Below are positions 30,998 to 42,780 of a DNA stretch of 64,000 nucleotides, one piece after another. The notes under the pieces were generated by a model, which saw nothing but the letters and a program-made list of their open reading frames with translations, had not been told where the DNA came from and made no database searches. The position numbers were made by a program, and so were the translations under genes. Where the stretch lies: positions 123,288 through 187,287 of the forward strand of contig CAYYDG010000005.1 in the NCBI GenBank assembly GCA_964470555.1, in the 5' to 3' direction. Numbering within the stretch: position 1 is the stretch's first letter; the number at the start of each line of letters is the position of its first letter. Source of the DNA: an uncultured Heliomicrobium sp. Lineage in GTDB: Bacteria; Acidobacteriota; Blastocatellia; RBC074.

Positions 30998-31747
30998 ATG
31001 GCTGACCAATCAAATTTGCAATTGGACGTGCTGGCGATTGCGGCTCACCCGGACGACGTGGAGTTGTCGGCGGGCGGCACGCTCATCAAGCTGGCCGGTT
31101 TGGGTTATCGCACGGGCATTCTGGATATGACGCGCGGCGAAGCCGGAACACGCGGCACGCCGGAGCTTCGTCGGCAGGAAGCCGAACGCGCGGCGGAATT
31201 GTTGGGCTTGGCCGTGCGCGAAAATCTGGAATTGCCGGACGCGCACATCTGGCTGAACGAAGAATCGCGCGTCCGGCTGGTGCGCGCGATTCGGCGACTG
31301 CGGCCTCGCGTCATTTTCACGCAGCATTGGGACGACGCGCATCCTGACCACGCGCACACCGCGCAACTCGTCCGCGAAGCCATGCACATTGCGGGTTTGA
31401 CCAAATACGACGCCGAAGCGAACCAGGAACGCTGGCGGCCAAATTGCGTCGCGCACTTTCTGTTTCCGCGAACCGTCGCGCCCACCTTTATCGTAGACAT
31501 CAGCGATCATTACGAACGCAAATGGGAAGCGATTCGCGCCCACGCGTCGCAGTTTCACAACCCGGCGAGCAGCGAAGCGCAATCGCGCGTCAGCACTCCG
31601 GCGTTTTTACGCGAGATGGAAGCGCGTGACCGGTACTTTGGCGCGCTGATCAACTGCGAACACGGCGAAGCCTTTTACGTCCGCGAAGCTCTGAACGTCG
31701 CCGATCCGGTGGCGTTGTTGACGCGGCGAATGAATCTTTACTCTTGA
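30998..31747 (+). CDS. bshB1: Bacillithiol biosynthesis deacetylase BshB1
   Basis: [25 protein letters not shown]; adjacent to bshA. Confidence 0.9.
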   Translation: MADQSNLQLDVLAIAAHPDDVELSAGGTLIKLAGLGYRTGILDMTRGEAGTRGTPELRRQEAERAAELLGLAVRENLELPDAHIWLNEESRVRLVRAIRRLRPRVIFTQHWDDAHPDHAHTAQLVREAMHIAGLTKYDAEANQERWRPNCVAHFLFPRTVAPTFIVDISDHYERKWEAIRAHASQFHNPASSEAQSRVSTPAFLREMEARDRYFGALINCEHGEAFYVREALNVADPVALLTRRMNLYS

Positions 31748-31749
31748 GA

Positions 31750-31824
31750 GGAGTCGGGAGACGGGAGTCAGGAGTCGGTAAAAAAGCCGAGCCTGACTAC
31801 CGACTACCGACTACCGGCTACTCC
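31750..31824. repeat. Heptamer tandem/inverted repeat (GGAGTCG)n/(CGACTAC)n
   Basis: gagtcgggagacgggagtcaggagtcgg...gactaccgactaccgactaccggctactcc. Confidence 0.75.
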
Positions 31825-31826
31825 AA

Positions 31827-32984
31827 ATGAATGTTGGCATCACAGTTTTTCCCACTTACGGCGGCAGCGGCATCGTAGGCTCAGAGCTTGGGCGCGAGCT
31901 GGCGGCACGTGGCCATTCCGTGCATTTCATCAGCTACGCCTTGCCGACGCGGCTTTGTTTGCTGAACGACCGCGTGAAGTTTCATCAAGTGGATTTGTTC
32001 GATTATCCGCTGTTTGAGTTTCCGCCCTACGATCTGGCCCTGGCGTCGAAGATTCTGGAAGTCGCCGAAGCCGAGCGGCTGGACGTGCTGCACATGCATT
32101 ACGCCATTCCGCACGCGACGGCGGCGTATCTGGCTCGCGAAATGTACAAACCGACGCGGTATTTGCCCTTCGTCACCACGCTGCACGGAACGGACATCAC
32201 GCTGGTGGGATCGCGCAAAAGCTTTTTGCCAATCACGAAATTTTCCATCGCACAATCGGACGCCGTGACTTCGATTTCGCAATATCTGGCCGATGAAACC
32301 TGCCGCACGTTCGGACTGGGCGGAATTGAAATCATCCCGAACTTCATCAACGCGCAGGATTACCAACGGCGTCAAAACGACGCTTTGCATGCGGAACTGG
32401 CTCCGCGCGGTGAAAAGCTGTTGATGCACGTGTCCAATTTTCGCCCGGTCAAACGCATCAGCGATTGCGTTCACACGCTGGCCAAAGTCAAAGCCAATTC
32501 CAAACTGCCGGTTCGATTGGTGATGTGCGGCGACGGAACCGAACGCGCGGCGGCTGAAACTCTGGCGCGGGAATACGGATTGGCAGATGACGTGCTCTTT
32601 GTCGGGCAGGTTCCGAACATCGCCGATTACCTGTCGGTCGCCGATTTGTTGCTGATTCCCAGCGAAACCGAATCCTTCGGTTTGGCCGCGCTGGAAGCGA
32701 TGGCTTGCGAAGTTCCTGTCATCGCCACGCGAGTCGGCGGTTTGCCCGAAGTTGTCAAAAACGGAGAGAATGGGTTTCTGGTGAAATTGGGTGACACGTC
32801 GGCGATGGCAGAGCGTGCGATTGAGATTTTGTCCGACGAAACCAAACAGCGCGAGTTCGGCAAACGGGGTCGCGAATGGGCGGTTGGCCAGTTCAACACG
32901 GAACAGGTCATCCCGATGTACGAACGGCTGTATGAATCGGTGGTGAGCAACCACACGCCTAAACACAAACCGACTTCCTGCTGA
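31827..32984 (+). CDS. bshA: N-acetyl-alpha-D-glucosaminyl L-malate synthase BshA
   Basis: [55 protein letters not shown]. Confidence 0.95.
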   Translation: MNVGITVFPTYGGSGIVGSELGRELAARGHSVHFISYALPTRLCLLNDRVKFHQVDLFDYPLFEFPPYDLALASKILEVAEAERLDVLHMHYAIPHATAAYLAREMYKPTRYLPFVTTLHGTDITLVGSRKSFLPITKFSIAQSDAVTSISQYLADETCRTFGLGGIEIIPNFINAQDYQRRQNDALHAELAPRGEKLLMHVSNFRPVKRISDCVHTLAKVKANSKLPVRLVMCGDGTERAAAETLAREYGLADDVLFVGQVPNIADYLSVADLLLIPSETESFGLAALEAMACEVPVIATRVGGLPEVVKNGENGFLVKLGDTSAMAERAIEILSDETKQREFGKRGREWAVGQFNTEQVIPMYERLYESVVSNHTPKHKPTSC

Positions 32985-33013
32985 TTGAAACGCTCGCCCT
33001 GACGAATTACACT
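32985..33013 (+). promoter_or_regulatory. sigma70-type promoter for mog
   Basis: TTGAAA-17 bp-TACACT. Confidence 0.55.
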
Positions 33014-33028
33014 CCCGCCATCCCCAAA

Positions 33029-33517
33029 ATGGCGACAATGAATAAAGCAACGATCAAAGCAGTCGTCTTGACCATCAGCGATTCGGCTTCGCGCAGCGAG
33101 CGCGAAGATTTATCCGGTCCGGCGGTGGTTGCGGAATTGCAGTTGCTGAAAGCGGAGATCGTCGCCACTGAAATTTTGCCGGACGAACGGGATTTGATCG
33201 CCGCTCGATTGCGGCAGATTGCCGATGCCGGCGAAGCGAATTTGATCGTCACCACGGGCGGAACCGGATTTTCGCTTCGTGATGTGACGCCCGAAGCCAC
33301 GCGCGAAATCATCGAACGCGAAGCTCCGGGACTGGCCGAATTGATGCGCTCCGAAAGTTTGAAAATCACTCCCCTTGCTGCGTTGTCACGCGCGGTGTGC
33401 GGAATTCGCCGCCGGACGTTGATCGTCAACCTGCCCGGCAGCGTGCGCGGCGCGCGGGAAAACCTGGCGGCAATTGCTCGCACATTGCCGCACGCAATTG
33501 ACTTGCTGATGGAATAG
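33029..33517 (+). CDS. mog: MogA/MoaB molybdopterin adenylyltransferase
   Basis: EDLSGP, TTGGTGFSLRDVTPEA, LSRAVCG, NLPGS. Confidence 0.9.
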   Translation: MATMNKATIKAVVLTISDSASRSEREDLSGPAVVAELQLLKAEIVATEILPDERDLIAARLRQIADAGEANLIVTTGGTGFSLRDVTPEATREIIEREAPGLAELMRSESLKITPLAALSRAVCGIRRRTLIVNLPGSVRGARENLAAIARTLPHAIDLLME

Positions 33518-33537
33518 AAACAAGGAGGAAATAAACC

Positions 33538-34449
33538 ATGAAACTGTTTGCCAACTGGCATCGAATGCTGACTCTGGTCATCGTCAGTGCGCTGTTTGTC
33601 AGCGTGATGGCGGCTCAGAACCCTTACGACAAATTCCGTAACAAGGAATATACGAACAAAGGCTACATGTCCGAACAGGAGGAACTGAAGCTGGCCGAGC
33701 AGGTGCATCAGGAATTGCTGAAACAGATGCGTCTGGTCGAAGACCGCACTATCAACGATTACGTCAATCGCTTGGGACAAAATCTGGCGGCGCGTTCTGA
33801 ACGCCGCAACATTCCGTGGAAGTTTTATGTCGTCAATGACAAAACCATCAACGCCTTTGCCACGTTGGGCGGGCGCGTGTACATCCACACCGGATTGATT
33901 TCCGCTACCGCCAACGAAGCGCAGTTGGCCAGCGTCGTCGGTCACGAAATCGGCCATATCGTCGGTCGTCACGGTCTGGAAAACGTCAAACGCGCCAACA
34001 GCATGAAAACGCAAGGCGCGGTGATTGGCGCAACGATTCTGGGCGCGATTCTCGGCGGCCAGCAAGGCGCCGAAGCCGGCATGGCGCTCGGCAGTTTGGT
34101 GGCGGGCGGCTTTTTGATGAAACACAGCCGCGAAGCCGAACGCGAAGCCGATTTTCTGGGACTCTACAATCTGAAAAACGCCAATTACAACACTGGCGGT
34201 ATGATCGAAATGTTCCAGATGCTGCAGAAAGTGTCGCAAGGCGGCGGCGGTTCGCTGGGTTCGATTCTGGCCAGCCACCCTGACCCGCGCGAACGCGAAG
34301 CCAATACACGCACGGAAATCAACGCTTATTTGCAGGGCACGGATCGTCGAGGCACCAGCACCTCTGCCGAGTTCCAACGCTTGAAGGGATTGATTCCGAC
34401 GGCACAAACAACCGCTACGCCAGCGCGCAAAACGCGACCACGCCCGTAA
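33538..34449 (+). CDS. Secreted M48 family metalloprotease
   Basis: Signal peptide; INAFATLGG, HEIGH, EREAD, SHP. Confidence 0.92.
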   Translation: MKLFANWHRMLTLVIVSALFVSVMAAQNPYDKFRNKEYTNKGYMSEQEELKLAEQVHQELLKQMRLVEDRTINDYVNRLGQNLAARSERRNIPWKFYVVNDKTINAFATLGGRVYIHTGLISATANEAQLASVVGHEIGHIVGRHGLENVKRANSMKTQGAVIGATILGAILGGQQGAEAGMALGSLVAGGFLMKHSREAEREADFLGLYNLKNANYNTGGMIEMFQMLQKVSQGGGGSLGSILASHPDPREREANTRTEINAYLQGTDRRGTSTSAEFQRLKGLIPTAQTTATPARKTRPRP

Positions 34450-34508
34450 GCGAGAGAGAGCGAGCGACGGAGGGAAAGAGGGATTGGGCGATCCGCGAAT
34501 GATGGAGC

Positions 34509-36131
34509 TTGTTACAAATGAATGATCCGACAACAGAGGTAAGCCGTCGTTTCAATGGAACACGTTCTGTCCGTCTCTCCGTCTCTTCATCTCTCCGTCT
34601 CCCCGTCTCTCCCTCTCCCCGTCTCTTTCGCTTTCTTACGATCTGTCTGATCGCGCTTGCGCTCGTCCTGCCTGCCACCGCCTTTGCCCAGAGAAAACAA
34701 CGCCCGCAATTGCTGACGTATTCCCGCAATCAGTTTGCTGGAAAAATCCTGTTGATTCCGCGCGATGACCGTTTTCTGGAACTGCGCACGCTGGCGCAAG
34801 TCGCCGATCATCAACTGCTGCTTCCGCCGTCACACTTGTTGAATCCGAACCCGCAACCCGCCAGATTGATGGACTGGTTAAAGGCTCAGGAACTGACGGG
34901 AGTGTCCGGCGTCATTCTTTCGCTGGAAGCGCTGTCCGCCGATGCTTCTTCCGAAACATCCGCGCAACTGTCGCAAACGATCAAACAGCTTCGATCACAA
35001 AATCCGCGAGCGACGGTTTACGGATTCACGTCGCTGGCATCGTCCGCCGAAAGCTCGAAACAGGTTTGCCAATCGGCCATCGAATTGACGGCCAACGGCG
35101 CGCTGGATTTGTTGCTTATCGGCCAGGACGAAGACCTCAGCGTCAAACCGGCGCAAATCGCACGCGCTCGACTGATCGGCGAAGCCACGATCCAGAAAGT
35201 CGAAGAACGAATCATCTTTGACGACAATACGAAAACGGCGGCAACCACTTTGCTGGCGCGCTTTCTGGCGCAACGATTGGGGCGATTGCCAAAAATTCTA
35301 CCGGTGTATTCTTCCGCCGAAGCTCGCCGGTCAGACCCAGAACACAACTCGATTTCGCTGGATCAATCACTGACCGCCAAAATCAAACTCTCTGGCGGAA
35401 CCGTCTTGCCGCCGAATCCCGAAACCGCTCCGCAAGTGGACGTGCTGTTGTTCGTCCACTCGCCGAACACCAGCGAAGAACAAAGATCGGCTCTGGTCTT
35501 GAACGTTCTGCAAACGATTGATTCCGGCGTGCGCATTGCGTTTGTTGATGCGTCCGAATCCGCCCAGGCCAAAGACGCCATGCTGGCCGAATTACGCAAG
35601 CATAAATTGCTGGGCAAACTGACCTCATACGCATCAACTCCGCTTGAAGAAACAGCCGACCGCGCCACGCTCAACCGCGCGCTGGCGCACACGGTCATCT
35701 TTTTCTCCGCGATCAAATCGCTGCGCAGCGACATTGACCGAGTTCACCGCATCGAACGCGCGCAGATCAATTGGCTGTTCAGCCGCATTCTGGAAGATTG
35801 GGCGTATCAACGAATCGTTCGCCCGCAATTGGAAGAATTCGCGCGACAACAATTGAAAGCCGATCCGGCGGAGCTTGGCGACCAGGTCGAGCGCGTCGAA
35901 AAATTCGTCTACGACGCGCTGCAAGCTCCGGCCAGCGAATTGTTCGACGAACAATTTCGACGCAACGCTCACGCAGTGTTGTTGAACAGCGGCACGCGCA
36001 TACAGTTTCGCGTCAGCCTGTTGCAACGTCTGCAAGTCCGTTTTTCCACCCGCAACACGGCTGAGCCCGAACTGCGACAAAACATTCACACTTTTTTTGA
36101 CGGATACCTTTCTCCGACGAGTAGTCGGTAA
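34509..36131 (+). CDS. DUF4127 family protein (secreted)
   Basis: LLIPRDDR, LLPP, DWAYQRIVRPQL; signal-like segment ending AFAQ; exact start uncertain. Confidence 0.7.
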   Translation: MLQMNDPTTEVSRRFNGTRSVRLSVSSSLRLPVSPSPRLFRFLTICLIALALVLPATAFAQRKQRPQLLTYSRNQFAGKILLIPRDDRFLELRTLAQVADHQLLLPPSHLLNPNPQPARLMDWLKAQELTGVSGVILSLEALSADASSETSAQLSQTIKQLRSQNPRATVYGFTSLASSAESSKQVCQSAIELTANGALDLLLIGQDEDLSVKPAQIARARLIGEATIQKVEERIIFDDNTKTAATTLLARFLAQRLGRLPKILPVYSSAEARRSDPEHNSISLDQSLTAKIKLSGGTVLPPNPETAPQVDVLLFVHSPNTSEEQRSALVLNVLQTIDSGVRIAFVDASESAQAKDAMLAELRKHKLLGKLTSYASTPLEETADRATLNRALAHTVIFFSAIKSLRSDIDRVHRIERAQINWLFSRILEDWAYQRIVRPQLEEFARQQLKADPAELGDQVERVEKFVYDALQAPASELFDEQFRRNAHAVLLNSGTRIQFRVSLLQRLQVRFSTRNTAEPELRQNIHTFFDGYLSPTSSR

Positions 36132-36200
36132 TCGGTAGCCGGGAGTCGGTAGCTCGAATTTGCTGAGCGACTGACTCCCGACTCCCGACTCCCGACTCCT
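36121..36200. repeat. Heptamer tandem/inverted repeat (GGAGTCG)/(CGACTCC)n
   Basis: gtagtcggtaatcggtagccgggagtcgg...gactcccgactcccgactcccgactcct; same unit as 31750. Confidence 0.75.
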
Positions 36201-36243
36201 CCCTGATCAACGACTACTCTCTCAGGAGGACCACTCACAACTC

Positions 36244-37269
36244 ATGTCCCTGATGCTTTCAGAGATCGAACAACAACCCGCCGCCATCGAAAAAACCATC
36301 AAACGCGAATCCAAAAAGATCGAAGGCTTTGCCGCTCGGTTGCGAGCGAATCGCCCCCGTTTGATCGTGTTGGTCGCGCGCGGCAGTTCGGACAACGCAG
36401 CTTTGTTTGGCCGTTACCTGCTGGAAACGACCACAGGCATTCCCGTATCGCTGGCGGCTCCGGCGGTTCACACGCTTTACAAGGCCAAACTGGATTTGCG
36501 CGATTCGCTGGTCATCGGCGTGTCGCAATCCGGCGAAGGCGTGGACATCAACCTGACGCTGGAAAATGCCAAACGCTGCGGCGCGACGACGCTGGCCATC
36601 ACCAACGAAGCCGAATCTTCGATGGCCAAATTGTGCGACGAAACCTTTCTGATTCATGCCGGACGCGAACGCAGCGTGGCGGCGACCAAAACCTACACCG
36701 GCCAATTGCTGATCTTTCATCTGCTGGCGCGCGCGCTCAGCGGCGGCAAGGAAGAGTTGGAACGATTGCCGGAATTCGCCGCCGAAGCCCTGAAGCTGAA
36801 AGCGGACGTGGCCGCCTTGGTCGAACGCTATGCGTTTATGGAACAGTGCGTCGTCGTCGGGCGCGGATTGAATTACGCCAACGCCTACGAATTTGCGATC
36901 AAGCTGATGGAAACCTGTTACGTCGTGGCCGAACGATTTTCCGGCGCGGATTTTTTGCACGGCCCAATCGCCATGGTGGACAGCGGTTTTCCGGTGTTTG
37001 TTTTTGCTCCGCCGGGGCCGACGTTGAAAGGCATGAAAGAATTGCTCACCAAACTGCACGACATCGGAGCCGAAACGCTGGCGTTGTCCAGCGACGCTTC
37101 GGCGCTCAAAGCAGCTTCGCGCGGAATCAAAATGCCGCGCGTGGACGAATTGCTCTCGCCGATTCCGTACATCATTCCAGCGCAGTTGTTCGCCGCGTTG
37201 CTGGCCAATTCCAAAGGCTTGAGTCCCGATCAACCACGTTCATTGTCGAAAGTCACCAAAACCGTTTAA
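36244..37269 (+). CDS. Tandem-SIS domain amino-sugar-phosphate isomerase/deaminase (GlmS C-terminal-like)
   Basis: ARGSSDNA, SQSGEG, SVAATKTY, KLMETCY, FLHGPIA, LSKVTKTV. Confidence 0.9.
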   Translation: MSLMLSEIEQQPAAIEKTIKRESKKIEGFAARLRANRPRLIVLVARGSSDNAALFGRYLLETTTGIPVSLAAPAVHTLYKAKLDLRDSLVIGVSQSGEGVDINLTLENAKRCGATTLAITNEAESSMAKLCDETFLIHAGRERSVAATKTYTGQLLIFHLLARALSGGKEELERLPEFAAEALKLKADVAALVERYAFMEQCVVVGRGLNYANAYEFAIKLMETCYVVAERFSGADFLHGPIAMVDSGFPVFVFAPPGPTLKGMKELLTKLHDIGAETLALSSDASALKAASRGIKMPRVDELLSPIPYIIPAQLFAALLANSKGLSPDQPRSLSKVTKTV

Positions 37270-37276
37270 TGCCGGA

Positions 37277-37297
37277 GCGCGGACGTTCCCGTCCGCG
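37277..37297. repeat. Short REP-like hairpin
   Basis: cgcggac-gttccc-gtccgcg. Confidence 0.45.
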
Positions 37298-37314
37298 TTT
37301 CAACCAATTCAGTT

Positions 37315-38253
37315 ATGCCCGCACAAAAAACGGACGCCTTGGCTGCTTCCGTCATCATCCCGGTTCACAACCGCAAATCTGAGTTGCAATCCTGTCTGAC
37401 GGCGCTGGCTGCGCAGGATTTTCCGTTGAACCAGTTTGAAGTGATCGTGTGCGACGACGGTTCCACCGAAGATTTCAGCGAAGTTCTTGCCGCAGCTCGC
37501 CAACGGCAACTGCAAATCAGCCACGTTCGGCAAACCAACAAAGGTCCGGCAGCAGCGCGCAATCTGGGCATCAAACACGCCAAAGCGGAAATCGTAGCCA
37601 TGACCGACAGCGACACCTTGCCCGATGTTTCGTGGTTGCGAAAGCTGCTCGAATCATTGAGCGCTGATCCAACCGCCGTCGGCGTCGAAGGTCGCGTATT
37701 CGCCAACAACCCAACCGAATTCGCGCCATTGGGCGAAGGCCCGGAAAATCAATCCGGCGGCGTTTATCTGACCTGCAACATGGCTTACCGGCGAAACGTG
37801 TTATTTGACGTGGGAGGCTTTGACGAAACTTTTCCCTACCCTGCTTACGAAGATGTGGAACTGGCTGCGCGAGCGATCCAACGCGGAAAAATTCTTTGGC
37901 AGCCTGCGGCGGTCATTACTCACCCGCAACGCCCGCTGACGCTGAAAACCGTCTGGAAAAAATTGAAGCACTGGGAATTCGTGCTGCGAATGGGAGTTCG
38001 CTACGGGTATTTTGGCTGGCCGAAATATCCCACCAAATATCCGAAGCTGTATTTGATCGGCTTGTCAGTCATCGCCTTGCCGCTGTCCAAATGGAAGCAG
38101 GCCGCGTCTTGCGTGACAACGAATCCAATTGCCGCCGCCAAATTGTTTTTGTTCGGATTGGCAGAAAGTCTGGGCGCGATGGTTTTCGTCGTGCCGAAAG
38201 TCATTTTTCTCAGCCGCCAAACGCTGAGCGAAAGAAAAAACTATTTGGGTTGA
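37315..38253 (+). CDS. GT2 family glycosyltransferase
   Basis: [34 protein letters not shown]. Confidence 0.92.
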   Translation: MPAQKTDALAASVIIPVHNRKSELQSCLTALAAQDFPLNQFEVIVCDDGSTEDFSEVLAAARQRQLQISHVRQTNKGPAAARNLGIKHAKAEIVAMTDSDTLPDVSWLRKLLESLSADPTAVGVEGRVFANNPTEFAPLGEGPENQSGGVYLTCNMAYRRNVLFDVGGFDETFPYPAYEDVELAARAIQRGKILWQPAAVITHPQRPLTLKTVWKKLKHWEFVLRMGVRYGYFGWPKYPTKYPKLYLIGLSVIALPLSKWKQAASCVTTNPIAAAKLFLFGLAESLGAMVFVVPKVIFLSRQTLSERKNYLG

Positions 38254-39779
38254 TACAGAATCAATCCGGTCGGTTCGTATCGCCAAACCGGTTGCAACCA
38301 ATCGGGCGCGTTTTTCGGATCGCCGAGCGGCTTCAGCTCTTTTCGCTCTTTGATCTCGCGTTTGCCTATGGCGATGTAATCTGCACGATTCGTTTGAAGC
38401 CAGACGCGCAATTCTTCCAGCGATTTTACCTGCGGAAAAAACACCCATTCCTGCCGGCTCATGTAGGCCAGGTGAGGTTTGCGCGCGACGATTCTCAAAG
38501 TGTGCGGCGCGGCATTTTGGCTTGTCACGAAATCGCGCGCTCCGGCGAGTTCCAGCGGCTGCGCTTCCAAAAATTCCTTCACGTCCTGGCGCGAAGCGTA
38601 CAACGAAGCCGCAAACATCACGACAACCAGCGCAATTGGTATCGCCACAAACGCTTTGGCCTGCAACCAGTCTTGCGCGCGCGCCAGCGCCAACCAGCGC
38701 GACGCCGCAAACGCCGCAAAGCCCGCGTACAAAGCCATGACGAAAAAGTAATAACGAGTTTCCCAGTGGTTCAATCCCATCAACAACCAATACAGCCCGC
38801 CGGCGATCAAAACCAGCAGCAATGGTTTTGATCGGCGTCCGATCAGCGACAATCCAATTCCGAGCAACGCCATCCAGCCGACCAACTGCGCCACCAGATT
38901 GCCGGTGATGCTCTGGCGCAAACTGGCATACAGATTAACCGGATATTGTTTGATGAGCCGCGCCGGGTCGTAGCTGAGCACATCGCCGAAAGATTGAAAC
39001 TTCGTTTCCAGAGCGCGCGTGGCGTCCTGATTGACTTCGCCACCCGCCAGTTCGGGATAAAACTCCGTGGCGATGTTTAAATAATTGGTGTTGTAGAGCG
39101 GCGAACCGCGATGTTTGTAATTCGCCACCAGCCACGGCGAAGCGGCAAGCAGAAACATTACGACAAACAACGCCGCAGATTTGATTCGTTCGCGCCAGCT
39201 TTGCTCGAACAGATTCAACAAGACGATTCCCAGCAAACACGCGGCCAGCAAAAACAATCCGTTGTACCGAATGACATAAGCTGCGCCGGTCAAAGCTCCG
39301 GTCAGCACAATGCGCCAACGCGCGTTCAACCGGTCGCTCGTAAACGTCGCCAACACCGCCAGACAAACGAACAGAAAAAAAACGTCTGTCGCCGCGTTGA
39401 TGGAAAATTGCGGAAACTCGCCGCTGACGATGGCGATCAACTGCGCGCCCAAACCTGCCCAGAAACCGAACAACCGATTGAACAACACAAACACCAGCCA
39501 TCCGCACAGCACGGCACAAATCACCGACAACCATTTGGCGACAGTGAACAAATCCGCAACGCCGGTCAGTTTGCTCAAACCAGCAATCACCGCCGGATAA
39601 CCCGGTCCTTGAAAGGTGTTTTTCGGAAATTGACCAGCGGCGATGCGCTCAGCGTCCGGCGCGTAGTAATGATAGAAATCAGTTTCGGTGGCGTAATTGC
39701 CGAATGGATGCTGGCGAGCAAGGTAAACCAGCGCCAGTAAGTGGGCCAGGCAGAGTAAAAAGGGCAACCAGCGTTTCAT
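38241..39779 (-). CDS. GT-C (ArnT/PMT-like, GT39) membrane glycosyltransferase
   Basis: [17 protein letters not shown], about 11 TM helices; start MKRWLP. Confidence 0.78.
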   Translation of the reverse strand: MKRWLPFLLCLAHLLALVYLARQHPFGNYATETDFYHYYAPDAERIAAGQFPKNTFQGPGYPAVIAGLSKLTGVADLFTVAKWLSVICAVLCGWLVFVLFNRLFGFWAGLGAQLIAIVSGEFPQFSINAATDVFFLFVCLAVLATFTSDRLNARWRIVLTGALTGAAYVIRYNGLFLLAACLLGIVLLNLFEQSWRERIKSAALFVVMFLLAASPWLVANYKHRGSPLYNTNYLNIATEFYPELAGGEVNQDATRALETKFQSFGDVLSYDPARLIKQYPVNLYASLRQSITGNLVAQLVGWMALLGIGLSLIGRRSKPLLLVLIAGGLYWLLMGLNHWETRYYFFVMALYAGFAAFAASRWLALARAQDWLQAKAFVAIPIALVVVMFAASLYASRQDVKEFLEAQPLELAGARDFVTSQNAAPHTLRIVARKPHLAYMSRQEWVFFPQVKSLEELRVWLQTNRADYIAIGKREIKERKELKPLGDPKNAPDWLQPVWRYEPTGLILYQPK

Positions 39780-39792
39780 CAAATCAAAAGTA

Positions 39793-40110
39793 TTAGTTGG
39801 CAGTTGAAGCAATCTGTCCTTTGGCTTTTTGCGCTTTCGAGGGTTGCGCTGGCGCAGGTCGGTTGAGACGCAACCAGGCGTTCAAGTCGGAGACAGTCTC
39901 AAATTCAAGCAACTCCTCGCTTAACAATTCCAATTGTGCCAATGAGAGCCGGCGAATGCGAGATTCCAATCTTGGGCCAAGCGCGCCAAACAGACGAGTC
40001 AATTGCCGCAGTATGACTGCGCTTGCCTCCTCATGTCTTCCTTCCTGTCTTCCTTCCTGTCTTCCTTCTGTACGTCCCTGTTCCATCCAGATTTTTGCTG
40101 CTGTTTGCAT
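39793..40110 (-). CDS. Internal small Rpn product (RpnS-like antitoxin, 105 aa)
   Basis: AGGAG-5 nt-ATG at 40110 giving [20 protein letters not shown]..., the position of intragenic starts described for Rpn genes. Confidence 0.6.
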   Translation of the reverse strand: MQTAAKIWMEQGRTEGRQEGRQEGRHEEASAVILRQLTRLFGALGPRLESRIRRLSLAQLELLSEELLEFETVSDLNAWLRLNRPAPAQPSKAQKAKGQIASTAN

Positions 40111-40875
40111 AACTACTCCTGATTTGTCTGAAAAAGCCGCGCTGATTGAAGCGCTGATTTCATCCGGCGTAATTCCCTCGGCTGCCGCAGAAATATAACG
40201 AACCATCGGCAAAAGCTGTTCGACCGCGTCTTCCGGCGACAACAGTTTCATAATCTCTGTCAAACGTTGTTCAAGTTCGCCGCCAAATATATGTTTGAGC
40301 AATAACAGCCCCGACTGCAAGCCAGACTCGCCGACAATTTCATTGTCTTCATAGCCTGACAGGTCGCACAAATGATATTCGAAGTCGGGGACGAACCGCC
40401 GCCACGGAGTTTGAGTGACTCCTGGTATCAGGTCGGATAATTTAGACCCTATATTTCAATGCCGCCTCCCATGGTAAAAAACGACAGGAATGACCATCGG
40501 AAGTTTAGACGCCCCAGAATCCTTTGCTCTTTGCCACAAAGAAACAATGTAACCCAGCAATTGCAAGGCCACCCATTTTTCAGGCGTGCTTTTGTGCTCA
40601 AGCAGAATGTAAACGTAAACCACTTCGGCTCTTTTCAGTTTGACGCGATAGATCAAATCGGAAAAATGCTCACTCAATTCTTCACCCACAAAACTGCCGT
40701 CTACACGTTCCAATGTGCGCCAGTCAAAAGACCCTGCCACTTCAATCGGCAAATAGGACTTGAGAAATTGCACAGCTACTTTCCGCCGGCCAACCAGACT
40801 TTTGAAAAACAAGTCGTGTGGGTTGGCCAATTTGCTATTCGATGGCTGATCCTGAGGTGCAACGAGAATTTTCAT
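39793..40875 (-). pseudogene. Rpn family PD-(D/E)XK nuclease/putative transposase with C-terminal DUF4351-like domain; in-frame TGA at 40456-40458
   Basis: HDLFFK, SDLIY, LLEHKS, PVVFYHGRRH*NIG...FVPDFEYHLCDL continues in the same frame; [11 protein letters not shown] repeats; both ORF-track pieces share one frame. Confidence 0.85.
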
Positions 40876-40887
40876 AAGCGGATGCGC

Positions 40888-42564
<1,677 letters not shown>

Positions 42565-42642
42565 AAAGATTGTCCTTTCTCGTTCGGGAAAATGAGTTCG
42601 CAGATTGGTTTGGAATTCTGAATAGACGTTTCTCGAAACCGG

Positions 42643-42672
42643 ATTTTAGGTGTCGGGTTGTGGAATTGTCTA
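42643..42672 (-). promoter_or_regulatory. Possible sigma70 promoter for the GMC gene
   Basis: Minus strand TAGACA-18 bp-TAAAAT. Confidence 0.4.
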
Positions 42673-42780
42673 GCAGGCTGGTTGAGCTTTTTTTCTGAAG
42701 CTCATTTCGCTGAAACGACACAAGGCGCGAGCCGGAAAACTCGCGCCCTGCATTTTGTGAGTGAAGCCTTCGTTTTCAGA

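Noticed and set aside
31750-36200. CRISPR array
   Set aside because: Units are 7 nt, with no regular unique spacers and no cas genes.
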